From an uncultured virus (IMG/VR IMGVR_UViG_2846613599_000004) (taxonomy: Duplodnaviria > Heunggongvirae > Uroviricota > Caudoviricetes), in IMG/VR virus record IMGVR_UViG_2846613599_000004: 64,000 nucleotides of DNA; one strand, given 5' to 3'. The notes beneath the pieces are model-generated. The model ran no database searches. It worked only from the letters and a program-made list of their open reading frames with translations, and was not told where the DNA came from. The translations under genes and the position numbers were made by a program. Numbering within the stretch: the stretch's first letter is position 1; each line of letters begins with the position of its first letter. This document shows, one piece after another, positions 1 through 9,165 of the stretch.

Positions 1-189
1 TTTATCAGCCAGTTCATCCTATTTACCGGCATGCTGTAATGCTTCAATTTCACTGAAATCCATTGACCACATCAGGCTTTTTGCTGAATGCGGCCGTCCC
101 AGGCGTTCCATCGTCTGTTCATTAATAATGCGGTAGTAATGCTGCGAACTTTCCCAGCTCATCCCGCCAATCAAACCAATCATTTTCAT
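1..189 (-). pseudogene. 5' part of aspartate/glutamate racemase-family gene (YgeA-like) with in-frame TAG at codon 57; continues off the window
   Basis: Manual translation MKMIGLIGGMSWESSQHYYRIINE...EIEALQHAGK*DELADK; GLIGGMSWES is the family N-terminal motif; stop at 19-21 where Trp is usual. Confidence 0.75.
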
Positions 190-385
190 GTTGTGTACCC
201 TTTTTATCTGACAGATTATGTGCCGATATTTTTATTATTCGCTGGGAAAGCGTACCGCAGGTATCAATATTTGTCCTTATTTTTGTTTAAGTTATGGTCA
301 GTGATAATAACGTTTAATGATACAGGCAGTAACCGGAGAGAAACAATATTTCCCGCCGGTACGCATATTCACTGTATTAAAATAC

Positions 386-1618
386 TTATTTGGTCCGGTA
401 CCAGCCCATTAATGTGATATAGGCGTTGACGACTGATATTGATGAATTACTGCCCGTAGTTCCGGTTGTACCTGAAATGGTGTGTGTGTGTGCACCAATA
501 GCAACAGTATGAGCATGATTTCCGCTATAAGTTACAGGATCAGAGCCATCACCAAACTGGCTCGACCCTCCGCCAGACCAGGCTCTTGTTCCTTTATTCA
601 AAGAATAAACTGTATTATGGGTATGATTGCCCGTTGTATTTGTCGTTTTAGTTCCGTAATCAAAACTTGACGTAGAGCCGGAGAAACTATGATTATGCGC
701 CGGTAAATTGGCTGCTGTTAATGTAATATTATCACTGCCGCCGCTGCTCAGTATATTGCTGCCGCTGCTGTTTGCCAGGCGAATGGTTTTATTTTCACCG
801 ATATAGGACCAGGTTGTTCCCGGAAATAAGTCATTCGGATTTTTATTTTGTGCAAACCAAATAACGACCCCGACAGGGTAAATCGTATCAATATTTACCG
901 CATTTTTCAGTGCTTCTGTTACCGCATTCTGGCTCATAACCGATGTGGATGAATTACCGGTGTTCTGCACAATGGCAGTTTTATCCATCTTTTTATTCAG
1001 ATCCGCATTCAGCGCATATTCCCCCGCCGGCTGATAATTTCCTTTCGGCTGATATCGTCCATCACCTTCTGTTTTGGTATAAACATCGGTTTTTAACGCA
1101 TAATTCCCGGCTGGGGCGTAATTGCCTTTCGGCTGAAAAGCAGTATCCGATTCTGCTTTGGAATAACTATAACCTTCCGGCAGGTAATTTCCCGCAGGCT
1201 GGAATTTCTGATCACATTCCCCTTTACTGTAAGCGCCCGTCTCTCCGGCGGTTATATCCGCTTTCAGTTCTGCCCATGCTGTTCCGGCAGCAGGTTCCGT
1301 GGTGTTATTTTCAATCTTTGACTGCCAGGTTTTATTTTTGTAATACACCGTACTGCGGACTGCGTACGGTTTACCGGCTTCCTGCCAGACCGGAGCCCCG
1401 AAGGACTGCATTTCGCCGACCGCCTCCGTAATATCGTGAAACAGACTGTTCATCTTCTCACGTTCGATATCCTTGGCAGCAGGATCCGTTACCTGGTCAC
1501 GCTCGTAGTCATACCCGTAGCCTTGGGTATAGGAAACCGCGCCATCAGCCCGGATGTCATCAGGAATAGCAGTGCGGTCCCCTTGTGTTGCAAAGGGGAC
1601 TTTAAATAATTTAGTCAT
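386..1618 (-). CDS. Tail fibre / receptor-binding protein
   Basis: N-terminal PFAxxGD baseplate anchor shared with 17839-19149; QP(A/K)G(N/E)Y repeats; YPVG collar motif and HxH motifs in the C-terminal part. Confidence 0.85.
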   Translation of the reverse strand: MTKLFKVPFATQGDRTAIPDDIRADGAVSYTQGYGYDYERDQVTDPAAKDIEREKMNSLFHDITEAVGEMQSFGAPVWQEAGKPYAVRSTVYYKNKTWQSKIENNTTEPAAGTAWAELKADITAGETGAYSKGECDQKFQPAGNYLPEGYSYSKAESDTAFQPKGNYAPAGNYALKTDVYTKTEGDGRYQPKGNYQPAGEYALNADLNKKMDKTAIVQNTGNSSTSVMSQNAVTEALKNAVNIDTIYPVGVVIWFAQNKNPNDLFPGTTWSYIGENKTIRLANSSGSNILSSGGSDNITLTAANLPAHNHSFSGSTSSFDYGTKTTNTTGNHTHNTVYSLNKGTRAWSGGGSSQFGDGSDPVTYSGNHAHTVAIGAHTHTISGTTGTTGSNSSISVVNAYITLMGWYRTK

Positions 1619-1623
1619 ACGTT

Positions 1624-2286
1624 TTATGCTCCGAAGTTACTGCTCAGGAAGTTTTTCCGGTGTTCACCGTGACCAAAGGCTTTTTTGGTCACAATCCGGT
1701 ATTTGACGCCGACGCCGGACGGACGCGGCATAAGATCGAAATTTTCCAGCAGAACGCGCAGGCGCTCATCAGGATTAAAATTAAATACATAATACAGATA
1801 CGTCATATCCAGCGGATCGAGCACGAATACCCTGCTGTCTTTCGTTCCGAAGAACCGCTCAAGGAATTCATTGATATTGCTGACTGTCGGGCTTTGCGTC
1901 AGATTGAAGTAACGCATGCGGATGATCAGACGCTTTTGTTCCGGTGTCAGAGACAGCGTGTAGTCTGCATTTCGCCGGAAGTTTGCGCTGAAATTGGCTT
2001 TTTTCTTTCCGAACCCGGTACCGATCTTTTTTTTATCACTTGGCGGGATATCCACACCAAGCGGGACATCCAGTATCCGCGCCCAGATACCAAGACCAAA
2101 ATCGGTGGCGGTATCGATATTAAACACATCGTTGTACCAGTTCTGCCAGAAGCTGACGGTCGCCCGATCAAACCAGTCCGATTTATATTGCGCCAGCGCT
2201 TTCAGATTTTCCGCGTCTTCATACTGCCATAACAGTGCCCGCAGCAGATCTGAATGAAATGAAAACGACTGAATGGAGTGTGTCAT
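1624..2286 (-). CDS. Baseplate wedge protein (DUF2612-like)
   Basis: QY...TATDFGLGIWARIL...MPRPSGV motifs; paralogous to 19157-19792. Confidence 0.85.
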   Translation of the reverse strand: MTHSIQSFSFHSDLLRALLWQYEDAENLKALAQYKSDWFDRATVSFWQNWYNDVFNIDTATDFGLGIWARILDVPLGVDIPPSDKKKIGTGFGKKKANFSANFRRNADYTLSLTPEQKRLIIRMRYFNLTQSPTVSNINEFLERFFGTKDSRVFVLDPLDMTYLYYVFNFNPDERLRVLLENFDLMPRPSGVGVKYRIVTKKAFGHGEHRKNFLSSNFGA

Positions 2287-3470
2287 ACAAACACCACCTG
2301 AACCGCGCTGCGGTTAATTCTGGCGACTTCCGTCAGTTTTACCGGATAAATATCCGGAGACCAGTGTGTGCCGTCTGCGGATAATTCAACACGGGTGATA
2401 AACAAGCGCGGCTCTGCGGTGTTAATCCCGGCAGAGATTTCAAACGGTGATACTTCCCGTCCGGCCACCAGCCCGCCATCCCCTTCGGTATCGCCGTTTG
2501 CCCATGATTCCACTGCCGCCGGGATAATCGCCTGCGCATCCAGCGCCGTTTTTTTGACCATCACACGACAGAACAATACAACCTCTTTTGCCCGATCAAA
2601 TTTTACCGTGTACGTCTGCCCGCTGACCGGCTCCGTCACCTCAACCTCCTCACTGCCGTTATAAGCAGCACCGATAGTTTTGGTCCGCAGCAGTGCGGCG
2701 GCAATTTCCTGACTTTCCCCGCCCTCGACGCAGACATACACACTGTGCGGTACAAGCGTAATGCCGTCCTCTTCCATCGGGACATTGGTGTAATTTTCCC
2801 GGTAGGCCAGAGAGCGGACTCCTTCCAGTTCATACAGTGCGGATGTCATAGCCTCTCCGACACTGACCGTGTTTTTTGCCAGCGTCAGTTTACGGCGGCG
2901 ACGGGACTGCAAATCAGATTCCGCATTCCGCCCGGTAACAGCACCGGTGGGGTTAGTGACGGTTTCCCACCCGAGAACAGAGCTGGCTACCGTCATCAGC
3001 TGCCCGGCCGGGCACTCAACGGGACCGGTTTCAACTGCCCGCATATCGCCGCTGACAGTGCCATTTTTACCGATAATCAGTACTTTTGTCGTGGCAAAGG
3101 TGTCACCGCCCTGTGTTTCAGCCAGAGATCCCTTCGGGATAATCGTGCCCGGCACACCACCGAACTGTACCTGCGTCAGGATCGATCGGGTGGCATCCCG
3201 GCGCTGACCGCCCATCAGAGCCCAGATAGCATCCAGAAATACCCCTCCGGCAAGGTCCGGGTTTATCTGATTCGCCAGTTCCGCGTTATTACGCACAACA
3301 GCATCACGATTCTCCGTCTCCATCGTGATCATCACCCCCTGCGGGGTTTCCGGCGAAACATCCAGATCCTGACCAAACACCGCCTTAAACTCATTTTCAA
3401 CGGCTGTGCGTTGCTCAGCAGTATCCGGGATAATCACACCGGATGAGGTAATATAGTTATATTCAGCCAT
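2283..3470 (-). CDS. Baseplate J-like protein
   Basis: TPQG, GRNAESD and HSVYVCVEGG motifs; paralogous to 19789-20979. Confidence 0.9.
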   Translation of the reverse strand: MAEYNYITSSGVIIPDTAEQRTAVENEFKAVFGQDLDVSPETPQGVMITMETENRDAVVRNNAELANQINPDLAGGVFLDAIWALMGGQRRDATRSILTQVQFGGVPGTIIPKGSLAETQGGDTFATTKVLIIGKNGTVSGDMRAVETGPVECPAGQLMTVASSVLGWETVTNPTGAVTGRNAESDLQSRRRRKLTLAKNTVSVGEAMTSALYELEGVRSLAYRENYTNVPMEEDGITLVPHSVYVCVEGGESQEIAAALLRTKTIGAAYNGSEEVEVTEPVSGQTYTVKFDRAKEVVLFCRVMVKKTALDAQAIIPAAVESWANGDTEGDGGLVAGREVSPFEISAGINTAEPRLFITRVELSADGTHWSPDIYPVKLTEVARINRSAVQVVFV

Positions 3471-3807
3471 TTAACCTGATACTCCCGTATTCAGTTTGTA
3501 AAACAGCGGTATAGCTCAGATTGTTATCTTTCAGCGTGGCCGCGAATGAAATCACTTCTGTGACCTGCGGGATCTCCCCTATCCGTTCCCGGAATGCGGT
3601 TTCAAACACCGGCAGATCCGCCTGCCGTCCGAACGTGGTTTTCCAATACGGAATGCCCTTGTCCTGCTTATGCAGCATTTCGCCGCGCAATGCTTTGATA
3701 TACTGAGTACAGCTGTTTTTTACTGCCTGTTCATCGCGGGCGATGGCAAGATTACCGTCTCCCCCGGTGAACAGATCATTATTCTCACTGACATCAAATG
3801 TCATCAT
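3463..3807 (-). CDS. Baseplate wedge / sheath-initiator protein
   Basis: DL...GNLA...GIPY motifs shared with 20976-21329; synteny. Confidence 0.75.
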   Translation of the reverse strand: MMTFDVSENNDLFTGGDGNLAIARDEQAVKNSCTQYIKALRGEMLHKQDKGIPYWKTTFGRQADLPVFETAFRERIGEIPQVTEVISFAATLKDNNLSYTAVLQTEYGSIRLNG

Positions 3808-4496
3808 ACCGGTTCTCCTGAATCCTCATTTCCGCGCTGAATGCCGCTGTGCTTGTGAGTTGAGCCGATATCTTTGCCGTTATGTTTCAGGGTGCCGCCC
3901 GCCGCATTGCTGTCACCATTCACGGCATGATTTCCGTTAATGGTCACATTTCCGGTATAAATGGTTTCCGGCGCATTAACCTCAAACAACGGCGTATCCA
4001 GTACGGCTTTATCTCCGTGCAGCGATAAGCACACCGAGCCATCAGCAGACTGCACCACCAGCGCATCCGTATTTTTGCCGTCGATTACCCAGCCTTTGAG
4101 CGTATCAGGGAAAAACATGGCATCACTGAACGTGTGCAGCCGTGCGGTATTCGGTTCATCCTCCAGCCCGCCGCGCTGGAAGACCAGACTGATATCCCGG
4201 TCATTGGCTTTCAGCCAGCCGAAGTCCCCGGGTTTTACCGGCATGCGGATAAAAAAACCACCGCCGCCGAAACGGAACACCGGTATATTCGCCAGCACGC
4301 CGCGTGCGACTTTCCTGCCGCCGGTTGTCACCATCATCACCAGCGGTTTGATCACCGCCCGGTTGCTGGTGTCGTCATAACTGACCACCATTGCGGGCAG
4401 CATATCGTCAATATTCATCAGCAGATTGCGGAACGCAGCCGTAAACTGTCCGGCCAGACTGCCGTCACTGGCCATATCACTATTAGGTTTATTCAT
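3804..4496 (-). CDS. Baseplate central spike (Gp138-like)
   Basis: NIPV...PVKPGDFG OB-fold region and C-terminal HKH metal-binding tip; start chosen at MNKPNSD. Confidence 0.85.
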   Translation of the reverse strand: MNKPNSDMASDGSLAGQFTAAFRNLLMNIDDMLPAMVVSYDDTSNRAVIKPLVMMVTTGGRKVARGVLANIPVFRFGGGGFFIRMPVKPGDFGWLKANDRDISLVFQRGGLEDEPNTARLHTFSDAMFFPDTLKGWVIDGKNTDALVVQSADGSVCLSLHGDKAVLDTPLFEVNAPETIYTGNVTINGNHAVNGDSNAAGGTLKHNGKDIGSTHKHSGIQRGNEDSGEPV

Positions 4497-4509
4497 TGTT
4501 TTACCCGTG

Positions 4510-5328
4510 TCAGGCCCGTTTGCAGGTTGCCGTGTAGAAGAATGCATCTTCATGTGAGGCGATATCGAATTTCAGCTGCTCGATGATGTAATCCCCGTTC
4601 AGCGACGGGTTGAATTTGCTGTCCAGCCGCAGCATACCGCCGAGACAGGATTCACCGTCGATCAGATAAGAGACTTCCAGCCCCTTTTCTGTTGCTTTCG
4701 GGATCCCGATCATGCCGGTTTTCTGACTCAGAATCCGCAGCCTGCCGGACAGCGCTTTATCTCTGTCTTTCACATACAGCACATCATCGTCAATAAAGGC
4801 TTTCACATTACCGGCATCCTGTAAGCGCTCAATCTGCTTCAGTGCGGGACCGCAGAAATACCAGTTGGCGACATTTTTATCGGTCGCCTGAAAATCCAGT
4901 GAAACATGACAATCTTTGGCGATTTTTGCTGCGATCTCACTCATTTTTGACATTGCCTGCCCTCCGGAGGTGACAATATCGCGCGTACCGGCGTTACCGG
5001 TTTTGGCTTTCAGCGTCAGTGTTACATCCGGTGGTGATGCGATTTCAGCACTGACTATATCGCCGGTAAAGATCCGGAATACACCGGTGCTGCGCCGCCC
5101 GGCCTCCAGGATAATCCGGTGGGGTGTTTTACTCTCCGCAAAAGGACTGGTTTCCGTCAGCAGCATATTGCGGGTTTGTGTATTCAGACCATCAATACGG
5201 AACGAACAATCATTCTGTAACGGATTGGCATATTTCGTGCCCGAGGCATGCATTCGCATGCCTTCATACCATTGCAGACGGCCGTTAACTTCAACAGCAC
5301 AGCGGATCCTGCGTAAATCAATCATCAT
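4510..5328 (-). CDS. Baseplate hub protein
   Basis: LEAG...IFTGDI and TGMIGIP motifs shared with 22004-22891; position upstream of spike. Confidence 0.8.
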   Translation of the reverse strand: MMIDLRRIRCAVEVNGRLQWYEGMRMHASGTKYANPLQNDCSFRIDGLNTQTRNMLLTETSPFAESKTPHRIILEAGRRSTGVFRIFTGDIVSAEIASPPDVTLTLKAKTGNAGTRDIVTSGGQAMSKMSEIAAKIAKDCHVSLDFQATDKNVANWYFCGPALKQIERLQDAGNVKAFIDDDVLYVKDRDKALSGRLRILSQKTGMIGIPKATEKGLEVSYLIDGESCLGGMLRLDSKFNPSLNGDYIIEQLKFDIASHEDAFFYTATCKRA

Positions 5329-5612
5329 CCCCCCCGCCAGACCAGTGTCTGTGTTTTTCCGAACTGTTCCCACCAGGGCAGCGCATCTCCGCCGGTCAGT
5401 AACGTAAAATTACCGCCGGACGTGAGATAGCGGTACGGGATCAGCGGTTGTTCCGGAAGCATCCGCATTCCCTGTACGACAATCTCATCATCGCAGCGGA
5501 TGTCACAACACATTACCCCGTGCGCGGTTTTGATGGTCAGCTCCCATTCCTGCTCACTCAGCGTGACCCGCAGGCGCTGATTCGGCACGGTATTCAGTGG
5601 TATAATCTTCAT
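5325..5612 (-). CDS. Small baseplate protein
   Basis: IPLxxxPNQ start shared with 22881-23153. Confidence 0.7.
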   Translation of the reverse strand: MKIIPLNTVPNQRLRVTLSEQEWELTIKTAHGVMCCDIRCDDEIVVQGMRMLPEQPLIPYRYLTSGGNFTLLTGGDALPWWEQFGKTQTLVWRGG

Positions 5613-6148
5613 TTGCCCCCCTGGTTACCGGCAGCACCGCTGACCGATTTCACGGCGACAGATCCTTTTTTTGCCGGAGCCGGTTCCGCCGTCTGAGCCT
5701 GTACTTTGCCGCAGTTCATCGTGCTGCTCTGTTTTTTCTTCACCACTTTACGCGGCGGTAATTCACCGTATTCCGGCTCGATCACCCGCCACTCCGTTAA
5801 TGTCAGCGAGAGTCTGAGCCCATCGGTCATTTCCGGTGTTTCATCATGATTAAAACCGGTGATCAGCATCGGCCCGTAGGCTCTGACCCGGGTTTGGATA
5901 CACACCAGTTTGTGGCCGTCATACGCCTGCTGTATTGCCTTAAACTCATCTTCCGTTTCACCGGTGATCATTAAATCCATACTGATAGTCACCGCATTAA
6001 CCACAACATGGTCACTGCGTGTCTCACCGGACTCCACCTGAAATGACGTGGCTTTGTGGCTGTCAGAGATCGTCAGCTTCACCGGGTTTGCTGAATCAAA
6101 CAGCGTGACAAATGAATTCACATCAAAGATTTTGACTTCTGTTATCAT
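5609..6148 (-). CDS. Distal-tail (Dit-like) baseplate protein
   Basis: Immediately downstream of tape measure; VESG motif comparable to IEKG in 23155-23904. Confidence 0.7.
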   Translation of the reverse strand: MITEVKIFDVNSFVTLFDSANPVKLTISDSHKATSFQVESGETRSDHVVVNAVTISMDLMITGETEDEFKAIQQAYDGHKLVCIQTRVRAYGPMLITGFNHDETPEMTDGLRLSLTLTEWRVIEPEYGELPPRKVVKKKQSSTMNCGKVQAQTAEPAPAKKGSVAVKSVSGAAGNQGGK

Positions 6149-8115
6149 TTCTCCATCCCCGAGTTATATTCATGCCCCATATTTTCAATATGCTGCCGCA
6201 GCACCTCAACGATATCCGCCGCTATGGTCTGCGGATCACCGTCTTTGGCAACAATACGGAGTTCACCGATTGAGACATTACTTTCATTGCTGACAGCGGA
6301 CTGATTACTGATCGTCCCGCTGGTCAGGGATGCCATCGGACTGGCCGCCAGCGTGGTGACATGGCCGGTGATTTGCCCGGCAAGTTGCAGCGTTTCCTCA
6401 TCACTGAGTGCCGTTATTTCCGGGAAACGGTATTCAAGCGTGCCTTTCGTACTGATTGTGCGGTTAATTTTCTGCTCAATTTCAGCCGAATCGTCCATAC
6501 CGACCCAGCCTTTTACCGTACTCCAGCCCTCTTTAATCAGATCCAGACCTTTGTTGATCCAGCCGAGGATCTTTTCAACTTCCTTCCACAACCACTTAAA
6601 TATGCCAACGACGTTATCTGACACGGTATCAAAGACCGCTTCAAACTCCGTTCCCCAGGCCATCACCTCTTTAATACCTTTCGTCAGCCAGCCAATAAAT
6701 TCATTCAGTGATGTACTCATCGTGTTGTATGCCGCAACGACAATATCCGCCACAACGCCAATCACCGACATAATGAAATCAAACAGGACACCAAACGCTT
6801 CCCACACCGTGAGAATGACCGCTTTCAGTCCCGGATAGCTGTCGAGTATCCGTCCGATCATCGAGTCATTGCCGTCGATGAAATTCATGATATCGTCATA
6901 GACCAGTGCAAAAACCGCAGCCAGCAGGAGAATACCCGCCACCACTGCCATAACCGGCAGCATGGCGGTCCATGTACTGATCTGTGCCAGTTTCATGGCG
7001 TGAACATACTTACCGGTCACTGCAGCAGCAACTGCGATAAAAAATCCGGTCACAAAATTTTTGTTTTCTTTGGCGAAAACAACGATCTTTTCCAGCCAGT
7101 CCAGCCCCTGAGCCAGCACCGGGATCAGCATGCCCATCAGGCTGTTTTTCAGAAGACCGGAGGATTGCTCCAGGCTCAGCATGGCTTTATTGAAACTGAT
7201 GGATTGCTCAATACTCTCGCGGGTGATACCGCCATAGTCTTTCTGCGTTTCCATCATCCGGGATAATTCTTCCCGCCCCTTCATCAGCAACTCAACAGTG
7301 CTGTCATCCGTAACACCCAGTCCGCCGAGTGTTTTTTTTGCCTCACCGAATGACATGCCCTGCACTTTATCCGCAGTCTGTAATACCTTTTCCATCGAAT
7401 CCCCGGCAAAACCGAATGATTTTGCCATCGCGGATAAATCAGCCTGTGCTGCGCTGCGTGTTCCGCCGAGTGCGGAAACCGCCCCGGAAAAAGCATCCAC
7501 ATCCTGTGTGGTGATACTGATTTCCCGGCCTAATTTATCAATGGATTCAATTTCAGCGGCACGGGCTGTCGCATCACTGATAAGTCCGGTGATCGTCGTT
7601 GAAATACCGGCAAAATTAAGGGATTTTTCCGCCAGTGCCGCGACTTTATCAAATGCGGCCTGCCAGGCAGCACCGGTATCACCGAGTGCTTCCTGTACTT
7701 TTTTCTGAGCATCAATTTCTGCTGCCGCAGCCGCGTTTCCTGCATTCCGGGTCTCTGAGATGCTGTTTTGCAGGTCATCATGCTCCTGCTTCAGTGTCCT
7801 GAATGCCTCATCAGTCTCTCCGCCGGCAAACTGTATCAGCGAGGCCACCATGGCGCTCAGTTGCGTGCTCATCCCGCGGGTCTGCCCTGTGACTTCTTCG
7901 GCATTACTCTCAAATTCAATCAGGTGACGGCCGCTTATATTTTCCTCCTGCGACCGCATCTCTTTCAGCAGGCTGCCGAACGACAGCGTATTTTGCTGTG
8001 CGTTTTTAATATCATCAAAGATGTCATCCGCGGAACGCCGGAGATTATCAAGCGCGTCGTTTGTCTGACTGACATCAGATTCAATTAACTGAAAAACGGT
8101 TTCCGTCAGCGACAT
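6145..8115 (-). CDS. Tape measure protein (656 aa)
   Basis: Long helical Ala-rich protein with hydrophobic segment and YDD...GxxSxxG motif shared with 26574-29012. Confidence 0.85.
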   Translation of the reverse strand: MSLTETVFQLIESDVSQTNDALDNLRRSADDIFDDIKNAQQNTLSFGSLLKEMRSQEENISGRHLIEFESNAEEVTGQTRGMSTQLSAMVASLIQFAGGETDEAFRTLKQEHDDLQNSISETRNAGNAAAAAEIDAQKKVQEALGDTGAAWQAAFDKVAALAEKSLNFAGISTTITGLISDATARAAEIESIDKLGREISITTQDVDAFSGAVSALGGTRSAAQADLSAMAKSFGFAGDSMEKVLQTADKVQGMSFGEAKKTLGGLGVTDDSTVELLMKGREELSRMMETQKDYGGITRESIEQSISFNKAMLSLEQSSGLLKNSLMGMLIPVLAQGLDWLEKIVVFAKENKNFVTGFFIAVAAAVTGKYVHAMKLAQISTWTAMLPVMAVVAGILLLAAVFALVYDDIMNFIDGNDSMIGRILDSYPGLKAVILTVWEAFGVLFDFIMSVIGVVADIVVAAYNTMSTSLNEFIGWLTKGIKEVMAWGTEFEAVFDTVSDNVVGIFKWLWKEVEKILGWINKGLDLIKEGWSTVKGWVGMDDSAEIEQKINRTISTKGTLEYRFPEITALSDEETLQLAGQITGHVTTLAASPMASLTSGTISNQSAVSNESNVSIGELRIVAKDGDPQTIAADIVEVLRQHIENMGHEYNSGMEK

Positions 8116-8351
8116 TATCTATCCTTTAAAGCGGCCAGCGCTTCGTTATATCTGTTGGTAATGGCGATTTCCCACAGATCCAGTGCCTCCTCCAGATCTA
8201 CTGAGGTTTTGAGTTCGCTGAGGGTGGCGAGTTTTTCGCTGATGATGACTGCAAAGAAGCTATCAGCGTTTTTATAACTGACGGGAGTGAAATGCCTGCC
8301 CTGCTGAGCAGGGAGGGGAGGAAATTTCGGTTCCCGTCTTTGCCGAAAAAA
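8115..8351 (-). CDS. -1 frameshift extension (T part) of tail assembly chaperone
   Basis: T TTT TTC heptamer at 8351-8345; -1 frame is open to TAA at 8117-8115 overlapping the tape-measure ATG; encodes ATLSELKTSVDLEEALDLWEI. Confidence 0.75.
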   Translation of the reverse strand, partial: FFRQRREPKFPPLPAQQGRHFTPVSYKNADSFFAVIISEKLATLSELKTSVDLEEALDLWEIAITNRYNEALAALKDR

Positions 8352-8656
8352 CTGGTGTTGTACTTCAGCATTTCCAGTTCAAGCCGGATCAGTGATTCCC
8401 CGTCCGGCACATGGTTATCAATCAGTGTCTGTGTTTTCAGCGGGATCTCTTCGCCGCTGACCGGCACACACACATACGCCATCATTTTCAGCATCGCGTC
8501 CTTACTGACTTCGTAATCACCGATTTTTGGTGCATTGGACAGCGGATATTTGGCGAGAATTTCCCGCCCGGTTATCGCCGGCAACCGGCTGATGATAAAA
8601 GTTTTCTCAACGCCGTCGGCATCTTTTACCGCCACTTCTTTCGGTTTGATCAGCAT
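8198..8656 (-). CDS. Tail assembly chaperone (G part)
   Basis: Between tube and tape measure; contains slippery heptamer. Confidence 0.8.
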   Translation of the reverse strand: MLIKPKEVAVKDADGVEKTFIISRLPAITGREILAKYPLSNAPKIGDYEVSKDAMLKMMAYVCVPVSGEEIPLKTQTLIDNHVPDGESLIRLELEMLKYNTSFFGKDGNRNFLPSLLSRAGISLPSVIKTLIASLQSSSAKNSPPSANSKPQ

Positions 8657-8669
8657 ATTTTTATTCCGT

Positions 8670-8690
8670 AAAAAAGCGGGCCGCAGCCCG
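8670..8690 (-). terminator. Intrinsic terminator after tube gene
   Basis: GCGGGC-TGCG-GCCCGC followed by T-run on minus strand. Confidence 0.7.
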
Positions 8691-8697
8691 CCTGTGA

Positions 8698-9150
8698 TTA
8701 ACGATTACGAGTAAAATCAAAGTCCTGGAATACAAACGTATATTGTTTGGATTTCAGACGGCCCGCGCCGGCCACTGAATTTCCGCGGCTGCCGCTGGTA
8801 ATACGGCCGTTACGTGCTGTGGTGGTCGCACCGCTGCCGTAAGAGGCAACCATCGTGATAACATCTCCTGCGGCACGACGACCTCTTTTCGCCGTATTGG
8901 CATCCAGCAGGATAGCCAGATTCTGATCTTCCTCACTGCCGGCCGGAACATTGATAGTCACAGTCTGCGGAGCCGGTGCTGACCAGCTCAGCAGGTTACC
9001 GTTGATATCCACACCCGTTTTAACAATCTCTGTCGACGGAAAATCCAGCGGGTCCGCATCATCCGCAAAGGCGGTGATAAGAATACCGGACGGAAAAGTT
9101 TTGCTGGCTTTCACCACCAGTGCGAGACCGGTTGCTGATACTTCAATCAT
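8698..9150 (-). CDS. Tail tube protein
   Basis: 150 aa after sheath; GVDING motif comparable to MGVDG of 29657-30103. Confidence 0.8.
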   Translation of the reverse strand: MIEVSATGLALVVKASKTFPSGILITAFADDADPLDFPSTEIVKTGVDINGNLLSWSAPAPQTVTINVPAGSEEDQNLAILLDANTAKRGRRAAGDVITMVASYGSGATTTARNGRITSGSRGNSVAGAGRLKSKQYTFVFQDFDFTRNR

Positions 9151-9165
9151 ATTTTTCTTCCTTAC

